Below are positions 46,196 through 56,173 of a stretch of 64,000 bases of DNA, in pieces; positions within the stretch are counted from its first letter, which is position 1, and the number at the start of each line of letters is the position of its first letter. The notes under the pieces are model-generated. The model saw only the letters and a list, made by a program, of their open reading frames with translations. It had not been told where the DNA came from and made no database searches. Source of the stretch: Armatimonadota bacterium (GTDB lineage Bacteria > Armatimonadota > Fimbriimonadia > Fimbriimonadales > GBS-DC); the NCBI GenBank assembly GCA_023511915.1, contig JAIMAN010000006.1, forward strand, positions 3,284 through 67,283. The letters run 5' to 3'. Made by a program: the position numbers and the translations under genes.

Positions 46196-48360
46196 TGCGC
46201 TTTATCACGCTTGCGCTGGAGGGCTACGGGCGGTTCCGCGAGCGCACGGTGTTCGAGTTCGACGCGGGGCTGACCTGCATCGTCGGCGCGAACGAGTCGG
46301 GCAAAAGCACGGTGCTTGCCGCGCTGCTGGACGCCCTGTATACGCAGCCGACCTCCACAGCGCAATCCGTGCGTGAGCGCATCCACTGGGGACACCCACA
46401 CGGCTGGACGCTGGAACTGGCGTTGGAACTGCGCGGGGAGAGCATCCGCATCCGCAAGTTCCACCCCCTCGATGAGCCGCGCCGACGCGCCGAGTTTGTG
46501 CTGGAGCATAACGGCGAGACGCTGTCGGGCGAGGCGGCGCGCGGACGCTGGGAGCAACTCTGGCGCGTGCCGCAGCCCGTGTATCGCGCCACCGCGTGCG
46601 TCGCCCAGCGCGCCGTCGCACGCATCGAAAAAGGCGACCTCAAATCCCTGCAGCAGCAACTGCGCGAGAGCGCGGTGAACACGGACTTGGATCGCATCCT
46701 GACCGCGCTGCAGACCGAGCGACGCCGCGTGCGCCAAGACATCGAACGCGCCCAGAACCGCCTGCGCGAAACCGAGCAACGATTGCACGCCGCCCGCCAA
46801 GCCGAGCAGCAGCGACACACCCTGCGTGAACGCCTGCGCCAAGCCCAGCAGGAAGCGGACGCCCTGCGCGAGCAACTTGAGCGGGACGAGCGGCTACTGG
46901 AGCGCTGGCGCGCCCTGCACGAGCAACGCACGACGCTGGAACGCCTGCGCCGTGAGGCGGACACGAAGCAACGGCACATCGAGCAGTTGGAACAAATCGA
47001 GCGACGCCTGCAGGAGTTGGAGAGCGAATTGCAGCGCGACTTCGCCGCATGGCATGCCCTACCCGACGACCACAAGGCGCAGGTAGACGCCGCGTGGGTG
47101 CGCTACCAGGACGCCGTGCGCCGTTTGGGAGCGCTGGAGCGCGAGGCGCAAGCGCAACGGAGCGCGCAGCAGGCGTCGGTCGGGCGCGCGCGGGCGCGGG
47201 TCGGCTACGCCGTGCTGGGGCTGGCGCTGTGCGTGGCGAGCGTGCCGCTGTGGGGCATTGCGCCCGCACTGGGGGCAATCGCGCTTGGGCTGGGGTTGGT
47301 CGCCCTCGCCGTTGCAGGGCTGTGGCGCACGCGACGCGACGCCGAGCCCGACACTCTCACGCCTGCGCTGGACGCCGCCCGCCGCGAGGCGCACAGCCAC
47401 TGGGAGCAACTGACCGCGCTGCTGGCGCAGGCGAGCCTCACGGTGGAAACGCCGCCCGCCAACGGCGCGCCCGACGCGCATGCCCACGAGATCCTGCAAC
47501 GCCTCCAGCACGCGCTGCACTGCTACAGCGAACGCTGGAACGCCCTGCAGCAACGACTCGCCGAACAGAAACGGCTGCGCGACCAGCGCGACGCCCTCCA
47601 CCACCTCGCGCCCGACCCGAAAGCGCTGCGCGACCGCCTGCGCGAACTCGCCCTGCAAATCATGGGGCTGGAAGAGCAGATTCGGCGCAACCCTCTCACG
47701 CAACACGACCTGCCTGAGCGCGAACTGCTGTTGCTGGACGAGCGGGTGCAGCAGGAACGGCAGCGACTGGACGCCCTGCGCGAGGAGCAACTGCGTCTTG
47801 AGGGCATGCTGGAGGGGATGCCCGCCCACGAGCCAACCGACGCGCTGGAACTGGAACACACGCGCGACCAGCAACGGCTGGAGCAACTGCAATACCGCGT
47901 CCGCCTGCTGGAGACCGCCGAGCAACTGCTGCGCGAGACGAACACGCGCTATCTCAGCGACCTGCGCCCGCGCCTGAAACCGCGCATCGAGCAGCACCTG
48001 CCCGCCCTCACGCTGGGACGCTACACGCAGGCGGAACTCGGCGACGACCTGAGCCTGCAGGTCTATCACCCCGAACGCGGCGCGACGCTGCCTGTGCAAG
48101 AGGACGCGGCGGCATGGAGCGCGGGCGTGCTGGATCAGCTCTTCTTCGCCTGCAGGCTGGGGCTGGCGGACGCACTCGCCGACGACCTGCGCCTGCCCCT
48201 GCTGCTGGACGACCCGTTTGTGTACGCCGACCCCGCGCGCCACAAGGCAGCGCTGGAGCTGCTTATGCGCGTTGCCCGCGAAACGCAGGTCGTACTGTTC
48301 ACCTGCCGCCCACTGCCCGAAGGCGACTGGGGGAAAGTGATTACGCTTGGCGGGGTGTGA
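46192..48360 (+). CDS. SbcC/Rad50-like AAA ATPase with long coiled coil and two central TM helices
   Basis: Has Walker A GANESGKST, a C-terminal LLLDDPF (Walker B/D-loop region) and an Arg/Glu/Gln-rich coiled coil. A hydrophobic hairpin spans aa 337-377. Confidence 0.7.
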   Translation: MMRFITLALEGYGRFRERTVFEFDAGLTCIVGANESGKSTVLAALLDALYTQPTSTAQSVRERIHWGHPHGWTLELALELRGESIRIRKFHPLDEPRRRAEFVLEHNGETLSGEAARGRWEQLWRVPQPVYRATACVAQRAVARIEKGDLKSLQQQLRESAVNTDLDRILTALQTERRRVRQDIERAQNRLRETEQRLHAARQAEQQRHTLRERLRQAQQEADALREQLERDERLLERWRALHEQRTTLERLRREADTKQRHIEQLEQIERRLQELESELQRDFAAWHALPDDHKAQVDAAWVRYQDAVRRLGALEREAQAQRSAQQASVGRARARVGYAVLGLALCVASVPLWGIAPALGAIALGLGLVALAVAGLWRTRRDAEPDTLTPALDAARREAHSHWEQLTALLAQASLTVETPPANGAPDAHAHEILQRLQHALHCYSERWNALQQRLAEQKRLRDQRDALHHLAPDPKALRDRLRELALQIMGLEEQIRRNPLTQHDLPERELLLLDERVQQERQRLDALREEQLRLEGMLEGMPAHEPTDALELEHTRDQQRLEQLQYRVRLLETAEQLLRETNTRYLSDLRPRLKPRIEQHLPALTLGRYTQAELGDDLSLQVYHPERGATLPVQEDAAAWSAGVLDQLFFACRLGLADALADDLRLPLLLDDPFVYADPARHKAALELLMRVARETQVVLFTCRPLPEGDWGKVITLGGV

Positions 48361-48525
48361 TGATACCAATCGCCAAGCCAAAGTCCATAAAAGCACGAAT
48401 GAACGAGAACCCCTCCTTAAGGTTCCCCCTGCTCGCAGGGGGAACCGAACCCGGCGCGGTTCCCCCCGCTTCGCGAGGGGAACCTGCAGGAGGGGGGCAA
48501 TTCATGGAACTTTGGACGCGCAGTT
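48361..48525 (+). repeat. Intergenic hairpin-rich repeat element, copy B (about 165 nt)
   Basis: Starts TGATACCAATCGC immediately after the sbcC-like stop. Contains CCCTCCTTAAGGTTCCCCCTGCTCGCAGGGGGAACC and GCGGTTCCCCCCGCTTCGCGAGGGGAACC and ends GCGCAGTTG. Confidence 0.8.
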
Positions 48526-48604
48526 GGTATGGCGCTCGCGTTTCCAGCACGCGCTGCGCTGGGAACGTGGGCGTCCCGCCCGCCATGCCAACCGCGCGCC
48601 CCGC

Positions 48605-49387
48605 TTACTGGCAGTAGCGAATCTGGAACGGCGCGTTCATGCCCCACGGCGCCCACGGACCGAACGGGAAGTTATCGCCTCCCCCGCAGCAGGGCGGGTA
48701 GACCCAGTGTCTCGATAGGCTACCGTCGCCCCCGCGCAGACTCGGCTTGAGCCATTTCACATGCCCGTCCATCCACAGGATGTTCGTGCCGCCCGAATGC
48801 TGGAACCAAATCTCGTTCGGCTGCCCGCAGTCGATGTCCGTATCCGCGGTTGCATTTTGTCGATTGATTGCATCTCGCCCGCGCACCTCCAGCAAGAACA
48901 GCGACTCAGCAGGCTGTTGCCAAGTCGCAATCGCGGGGTAGTCCAGCACATGCTCGCTCAGCGCGTAGCTCATGTGGAACTCGAAGGTGCGGCGCGGCGT
49001 CATGCGCAAGCCCCATTCTGGCAACGGGAGCGTGCGAAAGTTCGGCGACATCACAATCGGGTTGCTCGGACAGCTGAAAAAGTTGTCGCGCGCCCCCTGA
49101 ATATCGCTCGGCTTCATCTTAATGTAGGGAATCAGCAGGAACGGCCACCAATCCTCCTGCCAATAGCGATTCGGTATGGAATTGTCGCTCGGTCGGGTGA
49201 AAAACTGCTCGTCGTAGTCCTGCAGGTACATCTGCTGGGCAATCCCCAGCTGCTTCAGGTTGGACGCGCACACGGTCTGGCGCGCCTTCTCGCGCGCCTG
49301 CGCAAACACAGGAAACAGAATCGCCGCCAAGATCGCGATAATCGCAATCACGACCAGAAGCTCAATCAGGGTGAATCCCTTACGCAT
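48605..49387 (-). CDS. Prepilin-type N-terminal cleavage/methylation protein with DUF1559 (H-X9-DG) domain
   Basis: N-terminus [36 protein letters not shown] and C-terminal [24 protein letters not shown] present. Confidence 0.85.
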   Translation of the reverse strand: MRKGFTLIELLVVIAIIAILAAILFPVFAQAREKARQTVCASNLKQLGIAQQMYLQDYDEQFFTRPSDNSIPNRYWQEDWWPFLLIPYIKMKPSDIQGARDNFFSCPSNPIVMSPNFRTLPLPEWGLRMTPRRTFEFHMSYALSEHVLDYPAIATWQQPAESLFLLEVRGRDAINRQNATADTDIDCGQPNEIWFQHSGGTNILWMDGHVKWLKPSLRGGDGSLSRHWVYPPCCGGGDNFPFGPWAPWGMNAPFQIRYCQ

Positions 49388-49505
49388 GGCTCATCTCCTT
49401 ACAAGGGTAGAGTACCTTGTGGCTGTTTAAGGTTGTGTTAAGAAATCCGTTTCTTAACGCGCATTTAAACTTGCCATAGGTACTCTTTGAATGGAGGCTA
49501 TCGAA

Positions 49506-50450
49506 ATGAGAGGCATAGCGACTATTGTTGTGGCGACTGGCTTAGCGCTCTGCGCGACAGCGCAGGTGCGCATCACGGAAGCGGTGGTCAACCCGCCTGG
49601 CTCCCCTGATGCGGGACGCGAGTTCATCGAGATTCAGAGCTGCCGACCGAACTTCTCCCTGCAGGGCTACTGGCTGATCGGCATCGACGGCGACTTGATT
49701 CCCGGCTTTATAAGCCCTGGCAATATCCACTGGGCGGTTGACCTAAGCGCGTACAGCACGGGCAGCAACGGCTTGCTGCTGGTGCGCGATGGCAACGGGG
49801 TACTACTCCCCGAGCCCGCAGCGGAAACTGCAGTGGCGGTTATCTCGTTTGCATTCACTGAGGCGGGTATGGGCAACGACAGCTACACGGTCGCGCTCGT
49901 GCGCGGCTTCACGGGGCAACCAGGCGACGACATCGACGCGGACGACAACGGCACTATCGACAATGAGCTGTGGAGCGAGGCGGTGCAGGCGTTTGGATGG
50001 CTCGATGGCAACGCGGAAGATGTTGTCTACGCGACGCAACTGAACGGGCTCGAATCCCCTGTGAGTGACCGTACCATCGGCGGCGATGTCTGGGAGCCTG
50101 ATGGGATCATCTTCTTCCAGAATGGCGCCATCATCGTAGCCGATATCGGGCGCGTGACGGGAGCAGGCGATTTGGGACCGTTCCGCACGGACAACGAGGA
50201 GATCGTCGTCTACAACGGCACACCGCCCAGCGAGTTCAATCGCCAAGTGACGCCGGGCAACCTGAACCCAGGCGACCGCCCCGCGGTGGAGGGCGATGTG
50301 AACTGCGACCGCTGCGTCGATGACGCCGACCTGCTGCAGGTGCTGTTCAACTTCGGCGGCAGCGATCCGAACACCGACATCAACGGCGACGGTGTTGTAG
50401 ACGACGCCGACCTGCTGACCGTGCTGTTCAACTTCGGCAGCGGCTGCTAA
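49506..50450 (+). CDS. Secreted lamin-tail-domain (LTD) protein with C-terminal double dockerin-like module
   Basis: Contains ITEAVVNPPGSPDAGREFIEIQS (LTD-like). The C-terminus is DVNCDRCVDDADLLQVLFNFGGSDPNTDINGDGVVDDADLLTVLFNFGSGC. GGAGG lies 9 nt before ATG 49506. Confidence 0.65.
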   Translation: MRGIATIVVATGLALCATAQVRITEAVVNPPGSPDAGREFIEIQSCRPNFSLQGYWLIGIDGDLIPGFISPGNIHWAVDLSAYSTGSNGLLLVRDGNGVLLPEPAAETAVAVISFAFTEAGMGNDSYTVALVRGFTGQPGDDIDADDNGTIDNELWSEAVQAFGWLDGNAEDVVYATQLNGLESPVSDRTIGGDVWEPDGIIFFQNGAIIVADIGRVTGAGDLGPFRTDNEEIVVYNGTPPSEFNRQVTPGNLNPGDRPAVEGDVNCDRCVDDADLLQVLFNFGGSDPNTDINGDGVVDDADLLTVLFNFGSGC

Positions 50451-50476
50451 CCCCCCCTGTCTGACCTCCTCTTCAA

Positions 50477-50520
50477 CGGTTCCCCCGAACTGCAGGGGGA
50501 ACCGATTTCCTTTGGTATCG
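50477..50520 (-). repeat. Short inverted copy C of the repeat family
   Basis: CGGTTCCCCCGAACTGCAGGGGGAACCG hairpin plus TTGGTATC (reverse complement of GATACCAA). Confidence 0.6.
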
Positions 50521-50575
50521 GGAAACCCCACGCTGCGCCATGCGTCTAACGGCGGGTACACTCTGTGGAGCGACG

Positions 50576-51814
50576 ATGAGACGAAGCGCACTGTGGTTGT
50601 TCGGGCTAATGGTTGTGCTGCTGCCCCTGCTGGCGGGGTGCGGTGGGGGCGGACGCGCCAAGCCGAATCCCCCGCCTGGCGGGCGCGGCGCGCTGCAGTG
50701 GACAGTGATGGTGTTTATGAACGCCGCGAACGACCTCGACGACTACAGCGAGCTGAACATCAACCAGATGGAGCAGATTCAGACCAACCCGAATGTGCGC
50801 GTGGTGGTGCAGTGGAAACGCGCCGCGCGCTTTGCCCCGTCGGGCAGCTGGACAGGCACGCGCCGCTACCTGATTCAGTACGACACCGACGCGCAGCGGG
50901 TCAACTCGCGCCTGCTGGACGATTTGGGGCAGGGCGTCGATATGGGCAGCGCGGACACCTTGCGCGAGTTTGTGCGCTGGGCGCGCACGACCTACCCCGC
51001 CGACCGCTACGCGCTGGTGATCTGGAACCACGGTTCGGGCTGGCGCTCGCGCGCGGCGTTTCGCGGGCGCGCCGTGTCGTTCGACGACGAGCTGGGCACC
51101 AGCATCAAAATCTGGGAGCTGCCGACCGCTATCCGCCCCAGCGCCGCCGACCCTGTGATGGATGTGCTGCTGTTCGACGCCTCGCTGATGCAGATGCTCG
51201 AAGTCGCCTACGAGTGCCGCAACATCGCCCGCTATATCGTCGGCTCGGAGGAAAGCCCCCCAGGCGAGGGCTACCCGTACCATGAGATTCTCAAGCCCCT
51301 GATGGACAACTCGGACATCGCGCCTGCGCAGTGGGCGAGCGCAATCCCGCGCATCTTTGTGAGCTGGTATCACCAGAACTACCCGTTTTACCGCAACATC
51401 ACGCAGTCGGCGGTGGACGCGGCGCGCTTGGAGGCGGTCGCCGACGCGCTGGACGCGCTGGCGGAGCAGCTGATTGCCAAGCGCACGCTGTATGTGAACG
51501 CGCTCGCCCGCGCCCGCCAAGACGCGCAGAACTACTCCACTTACCCTGAGTACCGCGATTTGTGGCACGCAGCGGCGCTCATCAAGCAATACACTGACGA
51601 CGCCGAGCTGAGCCAGCGCGTGAACGCCCTGCACGCTGCGCTGGGGCTGGCAGTGATTGCCAACGACCGCGACACACGGGCAGGCGCGCGCGTGCCCAAC
51701 TCCTACGGGCTGTCGATCTACTATCCCGATTCGGGCAGCTACTTGGGACGCTACAGCAACACCGCGCTCTCACGCGCCACGCGCTGGGACGAGTGGCTGC
51801 AGGTCGCGCCGTGA
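50576..51814 (+). CDS. Clostripain (C11) family peptidase homolog, lipoprotein
   Basis: Lipobox LLAGC. VMVFMNAANDLD and VIWNHGSGW (His) are present. The expected DAC nucleophile motif reads FDASLMQMLEVAYE. Confidence 0.65.
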   Translation: MRRSALWLFGLMVVLLPLLAGCGGGGRAKPNPPPGGRGALQWTVMVFMNAANDLDDYSELNINQMEQIQTNPNVRVVVQWKRAARFAPSGSWTGTRRYLIQYDTDAQRVNSRLLDDLGQGVDMGSADTLREFVRWARTTYPADRYALVIWNHGSGWRSRAAFRGRAVSFDDELGTSIKIWELPTAIRPSAADPVMDVLLFDASLMQMLEVAYECRNIARYIVGSEESPPGEGYPYHEILKPLMDNSDIAPAQWASAIPRIFVSWYHQNYPFYRNITQSAVDAARLEAVADALDALAEQLIAKRTLYVNALARARQDAQNYSTYPEYRDLWHAAALIKQYTDDAELSQRVNALHAALGLAVIANDRDTRAGARVPNSYGLSIYYPDSGSYLGRYSNTALSRATRWDEWLQVAP

Positions 51815-51859
51815 GCGCGGCGCGACCCAGCCGATATGCCGCAGCGCGGGGATGTCCCC

Positions 51860-54472
51860 TCAAGCGACGGGCAACGCACTCGGCGCACGCTCGAAGGTGA
51901 ACGCGCCGTCGCGATAGTCCACGCGCACGGTGTCGCCGTCCGCAAACTCACGGGCGAGCAGCCGCTGCGCCAGCGGGTTCAGAATCTCGCGCTCGATCGT
52001 GCGGCGCAACGGACGCGCCCCCAGCTGCGGGTCGTAGCCCCGAACCGCCAACTCCTGCTTCGCATCCTCCGTCAGCTCCAGCGTGATCTTGCGCTCGTCC
52101 AGACGCTTCTGGATGTAGCGCAGCTGCAAGTCCACGATGCGCTTGATCTGCAGGATGTCCAGCGGGTTGAACATGATAATCTCGTCGATCCGGTTCAGGA
52201 ACTCTGGGCGGAAGTGCGCCCGCACCGCCTGCATGATTTGCTCGCGAATCTCCTCCTTGTTGAACTCGTTCATCTCCTGATACAGCACCGAGCCGATGTT
52301 GCTGGTCATAATCACCAGCGTGTTGCGGAAGTCAACCGTGCGCCCCTGCCCGTCGGTTAGGCGTCCGTCATCCAGCAGTTGCAGCAGCACATTGAAGACC
52401 TCAGGGTGCGCCTTCTCGATTTCGTCGAACAGGATGACGCTGTAGGGGCGTCGACGGATGGCTTCGGTGAGTTGTCCGCCCTCTTCGTAGCCGACATAGC
52501 CAGGCGGCGCGCCAATCAACCGCGCCACCGAGTGCCGCTCCATATATTCGCTCATGTCGATGCGCACAAGGTTGCGCTCGTCATCGAACAGGAACTCGGC
52601 GAGCGCTTTGGCTAACTCGGTCTTGCCGACGCCTGTCGGTCCCAGAAAGATGAACGAGCCGATGGGTCGGTTCGGGTCGGATAGCCCCGCGCGCGAGCGG
52701 CGGATGGCGTTCGCGACCGCCATAATCGCCTCGTCTTGCCCGACCACGCGCTGGTGCAGGCGTTCCTCGATGTGCAGCAGTTTCTCGCTCTCGGTCTCCT
52801 TGAGCCGCTGCACGGGGATGCCTGTCCACTTGGCGACCACTTCGGCGATGTCGTCGGCGTCTACCTCTTCCTTCAGGAGCTGCATCTCCTGTTGCACTTG
52901 GGCGAGTTGCTCCTGCAGGCTTTGGAGCTGCTTCTGGAGTTCGAGCAGCACGCCGTAGCGCAGTTCCGCCGCGCGTGCGAAGTCGCCTGCGCGTTCCGCC
53001 TGCTGCTCCTCGAAGCGTGTCTGCTCGATGCGCTCTTTGGTCTCGCGGATGCCCATGATGAGTTCCTTCTCGCGCTGCCAGTGGGCGACCAGTCGGCTCT
53101 TTTCCTCGTTGAGCGCAGCCAGCTCGCGCTCCAGTCGCGCGATTTGCTCTTTGGCTTGCGGGTTCTCCTCTTCACGGCGCAACGCCTCGCGCTCAATCTC
53201 CAGCTGGCGGATCTTGCGGTCAATCTCGTCGATCTCGGTGGGCATGGAGTCGATTTCCATGCGCAGTTTGGCGGCAGCCTCGTCGATGAGGTCAATCGCC
53301 TTGTCGGGCAGGAATCGGTCGGTGATGTAGCGGCTGGAGAGTTTGGCGGCGGCGACAATCGCGCTGTCGCTGATGCGCACGCCGTGATGCACCTCGTACC
53401 GCTCCTTCAGCCCGCGCAGGATGGCGATGGTGTCTTCGATGCTCGGCTCGCCGACATAGACGGGCTGGAAGCGTCGCTCCAGCGCGGGGTCTTTCTCGAT
53501 ATGCTTGCGGTACTCGTCGAGGGTAGTCGCGCCGATGGTGCGCAGCTCGCCGCGTGCGAGCAGGGGCTTGAGCATATTCGCAGCGTCCATCGCGCCCTCT
53601 GCCGCGCCCGCGCCAACCAGCGTGTGAATCTCGTCGATGAACAGGATAACCTGTCCCTCCGCGCTGGTGACCTCCTTCAGCACGGCTTTGAGGCGTTCCT
53701 CGAACTCGCCGCGATATTTTGCGCCCGCAATCAGCGCGCCGAGGTCTAACTGCACGACGCGCTTGTCCTTGAGCGTGTCAGGCACATCGCCTGTGGCGAT
53801 TCGCTGCGCCAGCCCCTCCACGATGGCGGTCTTCCCAACGCCCGGCTCGCCAATCAGCACGGGATTATTCTTTGTGCGGCGCGAGAGCACATGGATTACG
53901 CGCCGAATCTCTTCGTCGCGCCCGATGACGGGATCGAGTTTGCCCTGCCGCGCCAGCAGGGTGAGGTCGCGCCCGTATTTTTCGAGTGCCTGATACTTCT
54001 CTTCGGGGTTCTGGTCGGTGATGCGCTGTCCGCCGCGAATGTCCTGCAGGGCGCGCAGGATGGCGTCGCGCGTGACGCCTTGCATGCGCAGGGCGCGTCC
54101 CGCCTCGCCTGCGGTGTCCGCCGCCAGCCCCAGCAGCAGGTGTTCGGTGCTGACATACTCGTCCTTGAGGCGCATCGCCTCGTCGAAGGCGGTATCCAGC
54201 GCGGTCTTCAGTCGCTGGGTGATTTGTGCGCCGACGGTGGACGCACCCGACACCTGCGGACGCCGCTGCAGGTCTTGCTCAACTGCGCTCTCAATCACGC
54301 GGGGCATAACCCCCAGTTTCTGCAGCAGCGACGGCACAACGCCTCCCTCCTGCCTTACTAACGCCAGCAGCAGGTGTTCGCAGTCAATCGCAGGGTGGCG
54401 GTACTGTTCCGAGAGGCGTTGCGCCTCCTGCAGGGCTTCCTGCGCCTTAATCGTCAGTTTGTCAAATCGCAT
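51860..54472 (-). CDS. clpB: Chaperone ClpB
   Basis: 870 aa with a Clp N-domain, two AAA modules ([30 protein letters not shown]) and a middle coiled coil. Confidence 0.95.
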   Translation of the reverse strand: MRFDKLTIKAQEALQEAQRLSEQYRHPAIDCEHLLLALVRQEGGVVPSLLQKLGVMPRVIESAVEQDLQRRPQVSGASTVGAQITQRLKTALDTAFDEAMRLKDEYVSTEHLLLGLAADTAGEAGRALRMQGVTRDAILRALQDIRGGQRITDQNPEEKYQALEKYGRDLTLLARQGKLDPVIGRDEEIRRVIHVLSRRTKNNPVLIGEPGVGKTAIVEGLAQRIATGDVPDTLKDKRVVQLDLGALIAGAKYRGEFEERLKAVLKEVTSAEGQVILFIDEIHTLVGAGAAEGAMDAANMLKPLLARGELRTIGATTLDEYRKHIEKDPALERRFQPVYVGEPSIEDTIAILRGLKERYEVHHGVRISDSAIVAAAKLSSRYITDRFLPDKAIDLIDEAAAKLRMEIDSMPTEIDEIDRKIRQLEIEREALRREEENPQAKEQIARLERELAALNEEKSRLVAHWQREKELIMGIRETKERIEQTRFEEQQAERAGDFARAAELRYGVLLELQKQLQSLQEQLAQVQQEMQLLKEEVDADDIAEVVAKWTGIPVQRLKETESEKLLHIEERLHQRVVGQDEAIMAVANAIRRSRAGLSDPNRPIGSFIFLGPTGVGKTELAKALAEFLFDDERNLVRIDMSEYMERHSVARLIGAPPGYVGYEEGGQLTEAIRRRPYSVILFDEIEKAHPEVFNVLLQLLDDGRLTDGQGRTVDFRNTLVIMTSNIGSVLYQEMNEFNKEEIREQIMQAVRAHFRPEFLNRIDEIIMFNPLDILQIKRIVDLQLRYIQKRLDERKITLELTEDAKQELAVRGYDPQLGARPLRRTIEREILNPLAQRLLAREFADGDTVRVDYRDGAFTFERAPSALPVA

Positions 54473-54486
54473 CGTCGTCCCTCCAA

Positions 54487-54531
54487 GTTGAGTACGGTAT
54501 TGTCAAGTCGCTTGACAAGCACTGTATAATA
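54487..54531 (-). promoter_or_regulatory. clpB promoter/operator region: -10 TATTAT, palindrome TTGTCAAG-CGA-CTTGACAA, HAIR-like CTTGACA-N7-ACTCAAC
   Basis: Read on the minus strand. Matches the HspR HAIR consensus CTTGAGT-N7-ACTCAAG at 11 of 14 positions. It lies between the -10 box and the SD. Confidence 0.4.
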
Positions 54532-54673
54532 CCCAATTCCCGCGCGGGAAGTTCCCACGGTCTATAGCGCCAAGAGTACAGGCGCAGCGTCCCAGCCATC
54601 CCACATCGTCGCCTCCCAGTGTACCCGCTGGAGAATCGGCTCCAAACACCCGCCTGTGAGGGGTATAATCTGC

Positions 54674-55435
54674 ATGGCTATGCCGATTATCGAGACCGTA
54701 GAGCAGCTGGCGGACTTTCTGGAGCAGAACGAGGAATGGCGGCGCAGGATATACAGCATCCTCGTGCCGCGTGAATTAGCGCGCCTACCTGCGGAGTTCG
54801 ACGAGTTTCGCGCGGAGACGCGCCGTGAGTTTGACTCCGTGCGTGCGGAAATGCGCGAAGGCTTTGAGCAAATCCGTGCAGAGATACGCGCGAGCGAGGA
54901 ACAACTCCGTGCAGAGATACGCGCGGGTGATGAGCAAATCCGTGCAGAGATGCGGGAGAATAGCAAGCGAGTGGAACAGAAAATTCAAAAGAACACTGAC
55001 GCCATCGCCGAACTCAAGGGAATTTCGCTGGAGCAGTATTACCGCAACAAGGCGCGTGCGCTGTTTGGCAGGTACTTCCGTGATGTCAGGGTCATCGACT
55101 GGATAGACTTGGAGGAACCATTGGAAGCAGTTGCGCCGCTGACCGAGAGAGAGCGTGAGGAACTGAGCGTTGTTGACCTGCTGGCGCGCGGTTGGCGCAA
55201 GACCGACGGTCAGGAAGTTGTGTTGGTGATTGAGGTTTCGTGGGTGATTGTGCGGAACGATGTGGAGCGCGCCGTGCAACGGGCGAAGATACTGTCGCAG
55301 CGTGGTGTTGTGGCAACTCCCGTTGTTGCAGGGCGCGAGATCGACGACGAGGCGCGCGAGGCGGCGCGCACAGCAAGATGCGCGCTCGTGATGGACGGAC
55401 GCTTCGAGCTTAACCAACCCCTGCGGGGAGCATAG
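54674..55435 (+). CDS. Hypothetical protein: N-terminal 11-residue-repeat coiled coil plus C-terminal PD-(D/E)xK-like domain
   Basis: Has three 33-nt repeats at 54866-54964 (EQIRAEIRASE/EQLRAEIRAGD/EQIRAEMRENS). VVLVIEVSW is a possible nuclease E-x-S/K motif. A TATAAT box lies at 54664-54669. Confidence 0.45.
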   Translation: MAMPIIETVEQLADFLEQNEEWRRRIYSILVPRELARLPAEFDEFRAETRREFDSVRAEMREGFEQIRAEIRASEEQLRAEIRAGDEQIRAEMRENSKRVEQKIQKNTDAIAELKGISLEQYYRNKARALFGRYFRDVRVIDWIDLEEPLEAVAPLTEREREELSVVDLLARGWRKTDGQEVVLVIEVSWVIVRNDVERAVQRAKILSQRGVVATPVVAGREIDDEAREAARTARCALVMDGRFELNQPLRGA

Positions 55436-55438
55436 CGA

Positions 55439-56173
55439 ATGCGCACCGACTACATCCCCCAAGTGTTGCGCCTGCTGCAGGAGACCTACGCGCGTCAGCA
55501 GGAGACGCTGCAGACGGCGGCGACTTGGATTGCCGACGCGCTGGCAAGCGACGGCGTGCTGTATGTGTTCGGCGCGTCGCACGCGGGCATCATCACGGAG
55601 GAACTCACCTACCGCGCGGGCGGGCTGGTTCCCGTCAGTCCGATTTTCATTCCTGGCTTGACCTGCGATGTGCGCCCGCTGCCGCTCACTTCCGCGTTGG
55701 AGCGCATCGACGGCTACGCGCTGGCGGCGGTGAAGCACATTCCGATTAGCCCCAGCGATGTCGTGCTGGTGCACTCTGTGTCGGGGCGCAACGCCGCGCC
55801 TGTGGAGGTCGCGCTGCATGCGAAGCAGCAGGGCGCGAAGGTGATTGCGCTCACCGCGCTGGACTACTCGCAGTCGGTGTCGCCGCGCTCCAGCACGGGC
55901 TATCGGCTGTTCGAGGTCGCCGACTTGGTGATCGACAACGGCGCGCCCCGTGGGGACGCAGTGGTGCATCTGGCGGGCTTTCCGCAGCCTGTTGCGCCCG
56001 TCTCGACGGTGCTGGGCGCAGCGCTGGTGAACGCCATCGTCGCTGAAGCGTGCGCCATCCTGCTGGAGCGCGGGATTACCCCGCCCGTCTTCATGTCCGC
56101 CAACCTCGACGGCGGCGACGCGCACAACGCGAAACTGATGGAGCGCTATCGGGGCAGGGTGTTGTATTTGTAG
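55439..56173 (+). CDS. SIS domain-containing protein (UPF0309-like)
   Basis: Contains LYVFGASHAG, VHSVSGRNAAPVEVAL and AKVIALT. Confidence 0.7.
   Translation: MRTDYIPQVLRLLQETYARQQETLQTAATWIADALASDGVLYVFGASHAGIITEELTYRAGGLVPVSPIFIPGLTCDVRPLPLTSALERIDGYALAAVKHIPISPSDVVLVHSVSGRNAAPVEVALHAKQQGAKVIALTALDYSQSVSPRSSTGYRLFEVADLVIDNGAPRGDAVVHLAGFPQPVAPVSTVLGAALVNAIVAEACAILLERGITPPVFMSANLDGGDAHNAKLMERYRGRVLYL

Noticed and set aside
47059-48396. 445-aa minus-strand ORF (with similar ORFs at 46168-46875 and 46224-47075)
   Set aside because: It is antisense to the SbcC-like ATPase, whose Walker motifs and coupling to sbcD support the plus-strand frame.
54512-54530. TTGACA plus TATAAT on the plus strand as a strong sigma-70 promoter for the 54674 gene
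   Set aside because: The hexamers are only 7 nt apart, which is incompatible with a 16-18 nt spacer. The 54674 gene has its own TATAAT at 54664-54669. The TTGACA is better explained as half of the clpB operator palindrome.
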